Both the position numbers and the translations under genes were made by a program. Source: Longimicrobiales bacterium (GTDB lineage: Bacteria > Gemmatimonadota > Gemmatimonadetes > Longimicrobiales > RSA9). From it: a DNA stretch of 64,000 bases. A model generated the notes under the pieces. That model was not told where the DNA came from. It did not search any database and saw only the letters and a program-made list of their open reading frames with translations. Within the stretch, counting starts at the first letter, position 1, and every line of letters starts with the position of its first letter. This document shows, in pieces, positions 46,972-57,745 of this stretch. The stretch covers positions 25,595-89,594 of the forward strand of contig JBOHRF010000001.1 of NCBI GenBank assembly GCA_050732575.1, given 5' to 3'.

Positions 46972-48198
46972 ATGCCGCTGGATCGGGTGAGCCTGGCGTT
47001 GGATAGCGCGGTGGCCGGCCTGGTGGAACGAGGCACGTCCAAAGGGGCCGAAACGGTCGTAAGCGCGGTCATCAAGCCGCGCGCGGGCCGCGGGCCTCGC
47101 TTTCTTCTGGAAGGCGAGGGTGCACGGGAATTCCTGCGCATGAACTCCAACTCGTACCTGGGTCTGGGACTGCGCGAGGAGATCATCGCCGCCGAGGAAA
47201 TAGCGGCGCAAAGTTATGGCGCCGGACCGGGAGCCGTGCGCTTCATCAGTGGCACCTACGATACGCATCTGCGGCTGGAACAAAAGCTGGCTTCATTTCA
47301 CGGGCGCGAATCAGCGATGCTCTTCAGTGCGGCTTATGCCGCAGTGCTCAGCGTGTTCGCCGCGCTCACCACCGATCAAACGATCATCATTAGCGATGAG
47401 CTGAATCACAATTGCATCATCAATGGCATGCGGTTGGCCCGGCCGCTGGCCAAAGCCATCTATCGACATGTCGATCTCGCCGGCCTGGGAGCGGAGCTCG
47501 AGGCGGCTTCAGGAAAAGCGCGGCGCGTGATCGTGGTGACGGACGGCATTTTCAGCATGCGCGGCGATCACGCCCCACTGGCCGAGATCATGGCGCTGGC
47601 CGCCGAGCACGATGCCAACTTCCCGGAAAACGTGATGGTCGTGGTGGATGATTCCCACGGTGTGGGCGCGTTTGGCACCACGGGCAGAGGCACCGAGGAA
47701 TACACCGGTGCGCCGCCCTCCGATATCCTGGTTGGCACGCTGGGCAAAGCGTTCGGCGTAAATGGCGGCTATGTGGTAACCAGCGCCTCCGTGATCGGAT
47801 TCCTGCGCGAGACCAGTCCAACGTACATCTATTCCAACCCGATTACGCCAGCAGAAGCCGCGGCCGCGCTACGATCCCTGGAAATCGTGGATAGCGCGCG
47901 CGGCCGCGAGCTGCTCGACCGGCTGCGCGCCCTGACCAAACGGTTTCAGCAGGGCTTGACCCGGCTGGGGCTAGAAATCATCCCGGGCGACCACCCGGTC
48001 GTGCCGCTCATGGTACGCGACACCACCCGGACCCGTGCGCTGGTCAACCACTTGCGCGCGCACGGCGTGCTGGCCACCGGCCTGGCCTACCCGGTGGTGC
48101 CTCGTGGTGATGAGGAGATCCGTTTCCAAATCAATGCCGATCATACGGAAACGGATGTGGACGAGGTGCTGGGCGTGCTACGCGGGTTCACGGGCTGA
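46972..48198 (+). CDS. kbl: glycine C-acetyltransferase (2-amino-3-ketobutyrate CoA ligase)
   Basis: Alpha-oxoamine synthase fold with NSNSYLGL, DDSHGVG and GTLGKAFG (PLP Lys). GGGAGAA lies 5 nt upstream of ATG 46972. Confidence 0.85.
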   Translation: MPLDRVSLALDSAVAGLVERGTSKGAETVVSAVIKPRAGRGPRFLLEGEGAREFLRMNSNSYLGLGLREEIIAAEEIAAQSYGAGPGAVRFISGTYDTHLRLEQKLASFHGRESAMLFSAAYAAVLSVFAALTTDQTIIISDELNHNCIINGMRLARPLAKAIYRHVDLAGLGAELEAASGKARRVIVVTDGIFSMRGDHAPLAEIMALAAEHDANFPENVMVVVDDSHGVGAFGTTGRGTEEYTGAPPSDILVGTLGKAFGVNGGYVVTSASVIGFLRETSPTYIYSNPITPAEAAAALRSLEIVDSARGRELLDRLRALTKRFQQGLTRLGLEIIPGDHPVVPLMVRDTTRTRALVNHLRAHGVLATGLAYPVVPRGDEEIRFQINADHTETDVDEVLGVLRGFTG

Positions 48199-49011
48199 GT
48201 GGGCGTGACGGGCGTGACGCTCTCCACCGAGCGTGCGGAGCGCCGAATTAAGCTCACGCTGCACTACGACGGCGCCGGGTTCGTGGGCTGGCAAGTCCAA
48301 CCCGGCGCCCGGACAGTACAGTCGGAGCTGGAGGCAGCGCTCACCCGATTGGCGGACCAGCCGATCACCGCCCTTGCTGCGGGTAGAACGGACCGCGGCG
48401 TGCACGCGACCGGCCAGGTAGTGTCTACGCTGGTACCGTCAAAGTGGACCCCTGCATCTCTCCAACGTGCTTTGAACGCCATTCTTCCAGACGACATCTG
48501 GGTCGCGGCGGCGCGTGAGGTTCCGCTGGAGTTTCACGCTCGCTATTCTGCGAATGCGCGGAGTTACGCGTACCGCGTGGGCACGCGGCCGGAATCGGCG
48601 TCGCCGTTCCAGCGGCGCTGGTGCTGGCCCCTCCGGGAGGCGCTGAATGCGCATGAGTTGGACGCGCTTGCCGGGGTCATCGTGGGCCGACACTCGTTTC
48701 GGGCCTTTGCCAAGTCCGGGCAGCCGGAACGTGGTGAGTTCTGCGAGGTAAGCGTGAGTCGGTGGGGTTCCTGGAAGCACGGTGTGGTGTACGAAGTTAC
48801 GGCCGATCGTTTTCTGCATCACATGGTGCGCTACCTGGTTGGAACCATGGTCGACGTGGCGCGTGGGCGCCGTTCAGCCGATGATGTCGTTGGCCTGCTG
48901 CACAACCAAACGGGCCTGGAGACGTCGGCGCCCGCGCCGGCCCAGGGTTTGTTTTTGACTGGTGTTTCATATCCACCCGATTTGCGAGGCGTTGAGGAGC
49001 ATCACGCATGA
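48199..49011 (+). CDS. truA: tRNA pseudouridine38-40 synthase
   Basis: [14 protein letters not shown] and [13 protein letters not shown] (catalytic Asp). GTG start. Confidence 0.9.
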   Translation: MGVTGVTLSTERAERRIKLTLHYDGAGFVGWQVQPGARTVQSELEAALTRLADQPITALAAGRTDRGVHATGQVVSTLVPSKWTPASLQRALNAILPDDIWVAAAREVPLEFHARYSANARSYAYRVGTRPESASPFQRRWCWPLREALNAHELDALAGVIVGRHSFRAFAKSGQPERGEFCEVSVSRWGSWKHGVVYEVTADRFLHHMVRYLVGTMVDVARGRRSADDVVGLLHNQTGLETSAPAPAQGLFLTGVSYPPDLRGVEEHHA

Positions 49012-49676
49012 AATTCTTTTTGGACTCCGCCGATCTGACCGAAGTGCGGCGCGCCCTGGATGCGGGTATGATCGACGGGATGACGACCAACCCTTCCCTG
49101 CTCTCCAGGGCGGCAGGCGCCGCAGGCGATCCGCGCGAGATTCTGGCCGAAATCTGCCGACTGGTGCCCGGGCCGATCAGCGCAGAAGTAGTGGCTACCC
49201 GCAAAGACGATATGCTGCGTGAAGGGCGGGAGCTGGCCCGGTTGGCCGACAACATCGTGGTAAAGGTGCCGCTGACCGAAGATGGATTGCGCGCCTGCCG
49301 CGCGTTCCGCTCGGAAGGTATCAAGGTGAACGTCACGCTCTGTTTCTCGCCTGCCCAGGCGCTGCTCGCGGCCAAAGCGGGTGCCAGCTACATCTCGCCG
49401 TTTGTTGGGCGGCTCGATGATGTAGGCAGTGACGGCATGGATTTGATTGGGCGCATCATCACGATCTACGACAACTATGATTTTCAGACCGAAGTGCTGG
49501 TCGCCTCCGTGCGCCATCCCATGCATGTGGTGGAAGCGGCCATGCTGGGTGCCCATGTGTCCACTATGCCACTCAAGGTATTGCTGCAGTTGTTACAGCA
49601 TCCGCTCACGGACAAAGGGCTGGATGCGTTCCTTGCGGACTGGGGCAAGTTGCCCAAGGAGCGACAGGGGATTTAA
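49008..49676 (+). CDS. tal: transaldolase / fructose-6-phosphate aldolase (short type)
   Basis: [32 protein letters not shown], with VKVP (Schiff-base Lys). 222 aa. Confidence 0.9.
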   Translation: MKFFLDSADLTEVRRALDAGMIDGMTTNPSLLSRAAGAAGDPREILAEICRLVPGPISAEVVATRKDDMLREGRELARLADNIVVKVPLTEDGLRACRAFRSEGIKVNVTLCFSPAQALLAAKAGASYISPFVGRLDDVGSDGMDLIGRIITIYDNYDFQTEVLVASVRHPMHVVEAAMLGAHVSTMPLKVLLQLLQHPLTDKGLDAFLADWGKLPKERQGI

Positions 49677-51121
49677 TGCGCGCGTCTCAAACACTGGGAA
49701 TCGCTCTGGTTGGCGCGACCGCGGTGGGGCTGGGCGTGGCCGGTGCGCGCTGGGCCAATCCAACCAAAGCCGCGCCGCTTACCATTGCGCAGTCATCCGT
49801 CCCGGCGTCCGACCTGCGAGCCGCTGCGCTCCAGGACACGATCTCGAGAGCGCGGCGCAACGCGATCGTGCTGGCCTCACAGCGGGTGGCGCCCTCGGTG
49901 GTAACCGTATCTGTACAAAACCGTGCGGCCGCGCGCCCGCGCACGATGTTGGAGAGTTTCTTCTTTCCAGAAACGAACCGGCCGCGGATGGGGATGGGCT
50001 CGGGCTTCATTATCCGCGCGGACGGCCTGGTGCTGACCAACGAGCACGTAGTACGTGGTGCCGCGGAGATCGTGGTGACGCTGCCTGATGGTCGCGATTT
50101 CGCCGCGCAGGTGGCGGGCGTGGATGAAGTCTCTGACCTGGCCCTGCTTCGGTTGCGCGATGCGCGCGATCTACCGGTGGCACCACTGGGCAACAGCCAG
50201 GGCCTGATCATCGGTGAATGGGCGATCGCTATTGGTAATCCGTTCGGCTTTGCGTTATCCAATGCGGAACCCACAGTGACGGCAGGCGTGATCAGTGGTG
50301 TGGGCCGCAACATCATCCCGAACGGCTCCGACACCGAAGGCCTGTATTTGGACATGATCCAAACTGATGCCTCGATCAATCCGGGCAATTCGGGCGGTCC
50401 GCTAGTCAACGCTCTGGGTGAAGTGATTGGCGTCAACTCATCGATTATCTCGGCCAGTGGCGGCAACATTGGACTGGGCTTCGCCATTCCCATCGATCGG
50501 GCGCAGCGCATTGCGGCCGATCTACTGGCCAGTGGACATGTGCGCCGCGCGTGGATAGGTGCGGACGCCAAAGCGGCGGCGCCCAATTCCTTCGGCCGCA
50601 GCCGATTCGTTGAATTGGATCAGGTAGCGGAGGGCTCACCCGCGGCGCGTGCAGGGCTGCGCACGGGGATGCAGGTCCTGCGCGTGGGTGGCCGTCCCGT
50701 CTACAATCCACTGGACTGGCAGGCGCGCGTCATTGATGCTCGTGTTGATCAGCCGCTGGACATCGTGGTGAATGATGCGGGTCGTGAGCGGGCTTTTCGT
50801 TTGACACCGGCGGATGTGCCGTCACTGGCGGCCGAACGGGTGCGCGTGCTGAGTGACGAGCTCGAGTTGATCACGCTCACCTCCGCCATCAGAAGCGAGC
50901 GGCGAATGGTCAGCCAGCGCGGAGCACTGATCGTCAATCTGTCGCCCGCGGCCCAACGCGTGGGTTTGCGCCAGGGCGATGTGATCGTGGAAATCAACCG
51001 CGTGGGCGTGCGCAGTGCGGAAGAGGTAGCGCAAGTGATGCGACAGCTGGAGGGCCGTGGCGTGCGTCTCACCATCGAGCGGCATGGCGAGTACCTATTG
51101 GTCTCCTTCTACGTTCAGTGA
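49676..51121 (+). CDS. htrA: HtrA/DegP-family serine protease with PDZ domains
   Basis: TNEHVV (His) and GNSGGPLVN (Ser), with two PDZ-like C-terminal regions and an N-terminal anchor. Confidence 0.9.
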   Translation: MRASQTLGIALVGATAVGLGVAGARWANPTKAAPLTIAQSSVPASDLRAAALQDTISRARRNAIVLASQRVAPSVVTVSVQNRAAARPRTMLESFFFPETNRPRMGMGSGFIIRADGLVLTNEHVVRGAAEIVVTLPDGRDFAAQVAGVDEVSDLALLRLRDARDLPVAPLGNSQGLIIGEWAIAIGNPFGFALSNAEPTVTAGVISGVGRNIIPNGSDTEGLYLDMIQTDASINPGNSGGPLVNALGEVIGVNSSIISASGGNIGLGFAIPIDRAQRIAADLLASGHVRRAWIGADAKAAAPNSFGRSRFVELDQVAEGSPAARAGLRTGMQVLRVGGRPVYNPLDWQARVIDARVDQPLDIVVNDAGRERAFRLTPADVPSLAAERVRVLSDELELITLTSAIRSERRMVSQRGALIVNLSPAAQRVGLRQGDVIVEINRVGVRSAEEVAQVMRQLEGRGVRLTIERHGEYLLVSFYVQ

Positions 51122-51131
51122 GGCAAAACGC

Positions 51132-52598
51132 TTGAGTGAAGAAGCGCGGCAACTCACACTCGAGTCCGAGCAGAGTTACCGCAACCCTCTGGTCGAGCGT
51201 TATGCCTCGGCCGAAATGAGCTACATCTTCTCGCCCGCCTACAAATTCACGACCTGGCGCCGACTGTGGCTGGCGCTGGCCGAGTCCGAAGCGCAGCTGG
51301 GCCTGCAAATCTCGCAGGAAGCACTGGCCCAGATGCGCGCCAACCTGGAAACCATCGACCTGCAACGCGCCGAGGAGCTGGAGCGGCGCTTTCGTCATGA
51401 CGTGATGGCGCATATCCACCACTTTGGTGAAGTTGCGCCCGCTGCCCGCGGCATCATTCACCTGGGCGCTACCAGTGCTTTTGTAACGGACAACAGTGAG
51501 CTGCTCCAGCACCGCGCTGCCTTGCGCCTGGTGCGCCGGCGGCTGCTCGCCTGCGCGCGCGCGCTGGCCGCGTTTGCGCGCAAGTATCGCGCGTTGCCCA
51601 CGCTCGGCTTCACGCATTTCCAGCCCGCCCAGCCCACGACCGTTGGCAAACGAGCCACGCTCTGGTTGCAGGATTTCCTGCTCGACATCGAAGAAATCGA
51701 CCACCGTCTGGCCACACTCCGATTTCGGGGCGTGCGCGGCACGACCGGGACGGAAGCCTCGTTTCTGGAGCTGTTCCATGGTGATCACGCCAAAGTCGAG
51801 GCCTTGAACCGCCGCGTAGCGCAGGCCATGGGCTTCGACCGACTGTATGGAGTGACCGGCCAGACGTATACGCGCAAGAGTGACTACGCATTCCTGGCCA
51901 GTCTGGCGGGTGTGGCCATATCGGCATCCAAGTTCGCCCATGACATCCGACTGCTGCAGCATCTGAAAGAAGTCGAAGAGCCATTCGAGGTGGAACAGAT
52001 CGGCTCTTCGGCTATGGCCTACAAGCGCAATCCCATGCGCACCGAGCGCATCACCGGTCTGGCTCGGCACGTCATCACGCTGTCTCTGGATCCCGCATTC
52101 ACGGCGGCTACCCAGTGGCTGGAACGCACGCTCGATGATTCGGCCAATCGCCGCATCGCGATTCCGGAGGCTTACCTGGGAACCGATGCGGTGTTGCTGC
52201 TGGCGCACAACGTTTCCGCAGGTCTGGTGGTGCGCGAGGCGGTGATTCGTCAGCACCTCGAGGCCGAGTTACCGTTCATGCTGACAGAAGCAATCCTGAT
52301 GCGCGCCGTGCGCAACGGTCGCGACCGCCAGATCGTGCACGAACGCATCCGCCAGCACGCGCGTGCAGCCGCGGAACGCGTAAAGGAGCAGGGGGCCAGC
52401 AACGATCTGGTCGAACGCATGATCGCCGACCGTGACATAGGGCTCAGCGCGGATGACTTTGCCGATACGCTGGACCCGGCCGGCCACATTGGGCGTGCGC
52501 CTGAGCAGGTGGATGCGTTTCTGCACGATGAGGTAGCGCCGCTGCTGCAAGGCGACGGCGGGGGCGAGGGCGAGGGAGTACCGGAGTTACGGGCATGA
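51132..52598 (+). CDS. purB: adenylosuccinate lyase
   Basis: YRNPLVERYASAEMSYIFS and SSAMAYKRNP (signature). Start chosen at TTG 51132, preceded by GTGAGG plus 8 nt. The ATG 51084 alternative overlaps htrA. Confidence 0.9.
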   Translation: MSEEARQLTLESEQSYRNPLVERYASAEMSYIFSPAYKFTTWRRLWLALAESEAQLGLQISQEALAQMRANLETIDLQRAEELERRFRHDVMAHIHHFGEVAPAARGIIHLGATSAFVTDNSELLQHRAALRLVRRRLLACARALAAFARKYRALPTLGFTHFQPAQPTTVGKRATLWLQDFLLDIEEIDHRLATLRFRGVRGTTGTEASFLELFHGDHAKVEALNRRVAQAMGFDRLYGVTGQTYTRKSDYAFLASLAGVAISASKFAHDIRLLQHLKEVEEPFEVEQIGSSAMAYKRNPMRTERITGLARHVITLSLDPAFTAATQWLERTLDDSANRRIAIPEAYLGTDAVLLLAHNVSAGLVVREAVIRQHLEAELPFMLTEAILMRAVRNGRDRQIVHERIRQHARAAAERVKEQGASNDLVERMIADRDIGLSADDFADTLDPAGHIGRAPEQVDAFLHDEVAPLLQGDGGGEGEGVPELRA

Positions 52599-53527
52599 CC
52601 GCGACAGCGATCTCGAGAACCGCACTTCCCTTCCCGCTCTTACGGCGCGGCAAAGTGCGCGATGTGTACGATGTTGGTGGTGACCGGTTGCTGATCGTGG
52701 CGACCGATCGCATCAGTGCGTTCGATGTCGTGTTGCCCCAGCCCATCCCACTCAAAGGGTACGTGCTCACGCAGATCACGGCCTGGTGGCTGGACCAACT
52801 GCAGGCGGCCGACCCGCACCACCTCATCAGTGTTGAGGTTGGACCGATTCTCGAGGAAGTGCCGGAGCTGGATGCGTCCGTGGACGTCTGGCGTGGCCGT
52901 GCCATGCTGGTCAATGCCACGCAGCCGCTGCCCATAGAATGTGTGGTGCGCGGCTACTTGTCGGGCTCGGCGTGGCAGGAATACGGCAAACACGGCACGC
53001 TGGCAGGTGAACCGCTAGCCACCGGCCTGACGGAGAGCGCGCGGCTGGACCCGCCCATTTTCTCACCGGCAACCAAAGCCGAAGAGGGTCACGACCAGAA
53101 CATCACATTCACCGAAGTCGAGCGCACCGTGGGTCCGGAAAGGGCGGCACAGTTGCGCGCACGCTCGCTGGCGCTTTATGCGGAAGCGCGCCGTCGCGCG
53201 GAGCAAAGTGGGATCATCATTGCCGACACGAAGTTCGAGTTCGGCCTGCACGCGCGCGGCCAACTACTATTGATCGATGAAGTGCTGACCCCTGACTCGT
53301 CGCGGTTCTGGCCGAGCGTTGACTATCGGCCGGGCCGCGCGCAGGCATCCTTCGACAAACAGCCCGTGCGTGATTACCTGGAAACGCTCACGCGCGCAGG
53401 TGACTGGAACAAGCAGCCGCCTGCGCCCGAATTGCCTGAGCAGGTCGTGCATGCGACCAGCGAGCGGTATCGTCAGGTGTACGAACGGTTGACCGGGCAA
53501 CGCTTGACGGTGCCGGAGGCAAGATGA
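52595..53527 (+). CDS. purC: phosphoribosylaminoimidazole-succinocarboxamide synthase
   Basis: GKVRDVYDVGGDRLLIVATDRISAFD and LIDEVLTPDSSRFW. Confidence 0.92.
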   Translation: MTATAISRTALPFPLLRRGKVRDVYDVGGDRLLIVATDRISAFDVVLPQPIPLKGYVLTQITAWWLDQLQAADPHHLISVEVGPILEEVPELDASVDVWRGRAMLVNATQPLPIECVVRGYLSGSAWQEYGKHGTLAGEPLATGLTESARLDPPIFSPATKAEEGHDQNITFTEVERTVGPERAAQLRARSLALYAEARRRAEQSGIIIADTKFEFGLHARGQLLLIDEVLTPDSSRFWPSVDYRPGRAQASFDKQPVRDYLETLTRAGDWNKQPPAPELPEQVVHATSERYRQVYERLTGQRLTVPEAR

Positions 53528-54444
53528 GACTGCAGCGTGGCGTGATCATCCTGCCCAGCGCAATGACGCTGGCCAACCTGTTTTTTGGGTTGTGGGCCGT
53601 AATATCCGCGTCGCGCGGCCAGTTCATGATGGCGGCCTGGCTCATCGTGTGGGCGGCCGTCTTCGACACGGTGGATGGTCGCGTCGCACGGTACACGCAA
53701 ACCGGCAGCCGCTTCGGTGAAGAACTGGATTCGCTGGTCGATGCCATCAGCTTCGGCGTGGCGCCCGGACTCATCACGTACTACCTCTTTTTGACCGATG
53801 GCACCTGGGGCTGGGTAGCCAGCTTCTTCTATATTGCCTGTGCGGTCATTCGATTGGCCCGCTTCAATGTCGAGCAGGCCGGTCATGCCAAGGTCGTTTT
53901 CCATGGCCTGCCATCGCCCTCGTCCGGCATGACCCTGGCCACGTTCTATCCGTTCAGTCAGACCGATTTCTTCCGCACGTACCTGACCGAGTGGCGCTGG
54001 CCGACCATCATGATCGGGCTCATGATCGTGCTCGGCTTCCTGATGATGAGCCACGTGCCTTATCCGGTGGTGCCCAAGTTCGGATTCCGCACGCGGCGCG
54101 GTTTCCTGAACTTTCTATTCATCATGACCATGACCGTGCTGGCCATCACGGTTCCGGCCATCTTCTTCTTCCCTGCGGCCATTGCGTACGTCTCCTATGG
54201 TCTACTGAAAGCGTTGTTTCTCGGATTCTTCGAGCGTCTGCCCGAGCATGATCCGCTGCTCGATGCGGAGCCCGATGAGGCGGGCGCAGAGCTGCGTGTC
54301 ATCGATTACGCCGAAATCACGCCGCACCGGCGCTTTCGCATTCCCGGCTATCGCCGGCGCCGCCGCAGTGGAAGACGCGGCCGCATCGAGCGCAGACAAT
54401 TCGAGGATAAGCCACCGGACCAGAAACCCCATGAGGCATCGTGA
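53524..54444 (+). CDS. pssA: CDP-diacylglycerol--serine O-phosphatidyltransferase
   Basis: CDP-alcohol phosphatidyltransferase motif DTVDGRVAR...G..LDSLVD. Multiple TM helices and a basic C-terminal tail. Confidence 0.85.
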   Translation: MRLQRGVIILPSAMTLANLFFGLWAVISASRGQFMMAAWLIVWAAVFDTVDGRVARYTQTGSRFGEELDSLVDAISFGVAPGLITYYLFLTDGTWGWVASFFYIACAVIRLARFNVEQAGHAKVVFHGLPSPSSGMTLATFYPFSQTDFFRTYLTEWRWPTIMIGLMIVLGFLMMSHVPYPVVPKFGFRTRRGFLNFLFIMTMTVLAITVPAIFFFPAAIAYVSYGLLKALFLGFFERLPEHDPLLDAEPDEAGAELRVIDYAEITPHRRFRIPGYRRRRRSGRRGRIERRQFEDKPPDQKPHEAS

Positions 54445-54698
54445 CCGAATACCAGGCAGCTGTACGCGTTACGACCCGCGCGGGTCTGCTCGATCCGGAA
54501 GGCAAAGCCATTCACAACGCGCTGCACTCGCTCGACTTTGGCAATGTAGACGAAGTGCGGGCCGGCAAGTTGATCCAGATTCGGCTGAAGGCACGATCGG
54601 AACAGGAAGCGCAGGCGCAGGTGGAGGCGATGTGCCGCAAGCTGCTGGCCAATCCGGTCACGGAAGACTACCACGTTGCCTTCGAACAAATGGTGTGA
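54441..54698 (+). CDS. purS: FGAM synthase subunit PurS
   Basis: 85 aa. VRVTTRAGLLDPEGKAIHNAL is typical of PurS. It is followed by purQ and purL. Confidence 0.9.
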   Translation: MTEYQAAVRVTTRAGLLDPEGKAIHNALHSLDFGNVDEVRAGKLIQIRLKARSEQEAQAQVEAMCRKLLANPVTEDYHVAFEQMV

Positions 54699-54699
54699 C

Positions 54700-55440
54700 A
54701 TGCGGGTGGCGATCGTGACGTTTCCCGGCTCCAACTGCGACTACGACTGCTACAAGGCGCTTACCGACGTGATCGGTGTCGATGCCTATTTCGTGTGGCA
54801 CCGCGCGCTCAGCCTGGAGCGGCCCGATGCGGTGATCCTGCCCGGCGGCTTCAGCTACGGCGACCATTTGCGGGCCGGCGCCATTGCCCGCTTCAGCCCC
54901 ATCATGCCTGCCGTAATAACCCTTGCCCGCGCCGGCGGACCTGTGCTTGGCATCTGCAATGGATTCCAAATCTTGTGCGAGGCGCACTTGCTGCCGGGTG
55001 CGCTGCTGCGCAACGCAGCCCTGAAGTTCGTGGGCTCACCCATTCACGTGCGCTGCGAGAACGACGCTACTTGCTTCACCAATGCATATAAGCGCGGTGA
55101 TGTGCTCAAGTACCATGTGGCCCATGGCATGGGCAACTTTGTGGCCGATGCGGCGACCATCGAACAGCTCGAGGCCGAGGGACGCGTCGTGTTCAGGTAC
55201 GTAACAGCAGCGGGTGTGCAGAACGCAGAGGCAAATCCGAACGGCGCCACCAACAACATTGCTGGCATCATCAACGAGCGCGGCAACGTGATGGGGCTCA
55301 TGCCGCACCCGGAGCGCGCCGTAGAAGCGTTGCTCGGCTCGACCGACGGCATCGGCATTTTTGAGTCACTGCGCCGTTTCATTGACCAGGGCATTGCCGT
55401 GGGAGGCTCACCACAACGCCACCTGGCGGGAGCTTTGTGA
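54700..55440 (+). CDS. purQ: FGAM synthase glutaminase subunit PurQ
   Basis: MRVAIVTFPGSNCD, GGFSYGD, GICNGFQIL (Cys nucleophile) and MPHPER. Confidence 0.92.
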   Translation: MRVAIVTFPGSNCDYDCYKALTDVIGVDAYFVWHRALSLERPDAVILPGGFSYGDHLRAGAIARFSPIMPAVITLARAGGPVLGICNGFQILCEAHLLPGALLRNAALKFVGSPIHVRCENDATCFTNAYKRGDVLKYHVAHGMGNFVADAATIEQLEAEGRVVFRYVTAAGVQNAEANPNGATNNIAGIINERGNVMGLMPHPERAVEALLGSTDGIGIFESLRRFIDQGIAVGGSPQRHLAGAL

Positions 55441-57722
55441 TGTCGAGTATGGCTGCCCCTGTGCGCCACGAGCCGCCCATCACACCTGAACTGGTGGCCG
55501 AACACGGACTCAGTTCGGAAGAGCACGAGCAGATCAAGGAAATCCTGGGTCGTGAGCCGACCTTCACGGAGTTGGGTGTATTCAGCGCGCTCTGGTCGGA
55601 GCACTGCGGATACAAGAATTCCAGGCCGCTGTTGCGGCAGCTGCCAACCCAGGCGCCCTGGGTGCTGCAGGGGCCGGGTGAAAACGCCGGTGTCATCGAG
55701 CTGGGCGATGGTTTTGCCCTAGCGTTCAAGATCGAATCGCATAACCATCCCTCGGCCATCGAGCCGTATCAGGGTGCGGCCACGGGCGTGGGCGGCATCT
55801 TGCGGGATGTGTTCACCATGGGCGCACGACCAATTGCCGTGCTCGACTCGTTGCGCTTCGGGTCCCTCGCCTCGCCGCGCGTGCGCTACCTCTTTTCCGG
55901 CGTGGTCAAAGGTGTCGGCGATTACGGCAACTGCGTCGGCATCCCCAACCTGGGCGGGGAGGTCTACTTCGACGACGCCTACGAAGGCAATCCGCTGGTC
56001 AATGCCATGGCCATCGGCCTCCTGAAGAAGGAAGAGCTGATCCGCGCCACGGCGGAGGGTCCGGGCAATCCCATCATTGCCGTGGGCGCGCGCACCGGCC
56101 GCGATGGTATTCACGGCGCTACCTTCGCCAGTGAAGAATTGTCCGAGGCAAGCGAAGCGCGACGTCCGCAGGTTCAGGTAGGCGATCCGTTTACCGAGAA
56201 GCTGTTGCTCGAAGCTTCGCTCGAGCTGATCAAGAGTGGTCACATCGTAGGCATCCAGGATATGGGCGCGGCCGGCCTGGCGTCCTCCTCCAGTGAAATG
56301 GCCGCGCGCGCGGGCACGGGAGTCGACATCGATGCGCGCCTGGTACCCGTGCGCGAAGAGGGAATGACGCCCTACGAAATCCTGCTTTCCGAGTCACAGG
56401 AACGCATGCTGGTGGTGGCCAAGCAGGGCCGCGAGAGTGACGTGATTCGGATTCTGCAGAAATGGGAGCTGGAAGCCGCAGTGATTGGTCAGGTCACCGA
56501 CGATGGCCAGTATCGCGTGCGCGATGGCGCTGAAGTCGTGTGCGAGATACCCGGTGAACCGCTGGTGAAGGGATGTCCAACCTATGTGCGTGAGGCGCGT
56601 GAGTCCGACGAGATCGCACGCCTGCGCGCCTGGCGACCCGGCGAAAAGGAGTATCATCCGGCGGCCGCGCATCCGCTCAAGATCCTGCTGCGTCTGTTGG
56701 GCTCACCGAATATCGGCTCGCGCAAATGGATCTACCGGCAATACGACACGACCGTACGCACGAATACTGTGATTGCACCGGGTGGTGATGCCGGGGTGTT
56801 GCGAGTGCGCGGCACACGTCGCGGCATTGCGGCGAGCGTCGACTGTAATGGTCGGTACTGCTATTTGAACCCGCGGCGCGGGGCCATGATCGCCGTGGCT
56901 GAAGCGGCCCGCAACGTAGCGTGTACGGGCGCACGGCCGCGTGCCATCACCAACAATCTCAACTTCGGCAATCCCCTGAAGCCGGAGGTGTACTACCAAT
57001 TGCGCGAGTGTGTGCTGGGCATGGCCGAAGCCTGCCGCCATTTCGAGACACCGGTCACGGGTGGCAACGTCTCGCTCTATAACGAGAATCCGCGCGGTGC
57101 CATCTATCCCACGCCAGTTGTGGGAATGATCGGTATACTGGATGACGTGGAACGTCACGTGGGTGCGCATTTTCAGACGCCTGGTGATGCCATCCTTTTG
57201 CTGGGTACCACGCGCGACGAGCTGGGCGGCTCGGAATACCTGAAAGTCGTGTTCGGCAAAGTGGCAGGTGATGCGCCGAGCGTTGACCTGGCCGCCGAGT
57301 TGGCCTTGCAGCGTACGCTGGTAGAGCTGGCCGAGTTGGGTTTGCTGCGCAGCGCTCACGATTGTTCGGAGGGCGGGCTGGCCGTGTGTCTGGCGGAAAG
57401 CTCTGTGCGCAACGAGAGCGGCATGCTGGGCCTGGAAGTGGAACTGCTCGATGAGCTGCCCACGGCAGCGCTGCTATTTGGTGAAACGCAGGGGCGGGTC
57501 GTGGTGTCATGTGCGGCGGAAGATGCGGATCAAGTGCAAACCGTGATCGCCCGCAACAGCGTGCCCGTTCGCAGAATTGGGCGCGTGGGTGAGCGGAACG
57601 GCAGCTTTGTCTTGCGCACGCCGGCTACCTCCATCAAAGCGGCGGTGCGCGACCTGGCCGAGGTTTACTACGAAGCCATCCCCCATCTCATGGGCGGTAC
57701 GGGAGAGGCCGAAGGGGAGTAG
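55437..57722 (+). CDS. purL: FGAM synthase subunit PurL
   Basis: 761 aa with SEHCGYK, ESHNHPS and VGGILRD motifs. Confidence 0.93.
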   Translation: MMSSMAAPVRHEPPITPELVAEHGLSSEEHEQIKEILGREPTFTELGVFSALWSEHCGYKNSRPLLRQLPTQAPWVLQGPGENAGVIELGDGFALAFKIESHNHPSAIEPYQGAATGVGGILRDVFTMGARPIAVLDSLRFGSLASPRVRYLFSGVVKGVGDYGNCVGIPNLGGEVYFDDAYEGNPLVNAMAIGLLKKEELIRATAEGPGNPIIAVGARTGRDGIHGATFASEELSEASEARRPQVQVGDPFTEKLLLEASLELIKSGHIVGIQDMGAAGLASSSSEMAARAGTGVDIDARLVPVREEGMTPYEILLSESQERMLVVAKQGRESDVIRILQKWELEAAVIGQVTDDGQYRVRDGAEVVCEIPGEPLVKGCPTYVREARESDEIARLRAWRPGEKEYHPAAAHPLKILLRLLGSPNIGSRKWIYRQYDTTVRTNTVIAPGGDAGVLRVRGTRRGIAASVDCNGRYCYLNPRRGAMIAVAEAARNVACTGARPRAITNNLNFGNPLKPEVYYQLRECVLGMAEACRHFETPVTGGNVSLYNENPRGAIYPTPVVGMIGILDDVERHVGAHFQTPGDAILLLGTTRDELGGSEYLKVVFGKVAGDAPSVDLAAELALQRTLVELAELGLLRSAHDCSEGGLAVCLAESSVRNESGMLGLEVELLDELPTAALLFGETQGRVVVSCAAEDADQVQTVIARNSVPVRRIGRVGERNGSFVLRTPATSIKAAVRDLAEVYYEAIPHLMGGTGEAEGE

Positions 57723-57745
57723 GAGGGAAGGCCGCGAGGAGATTT

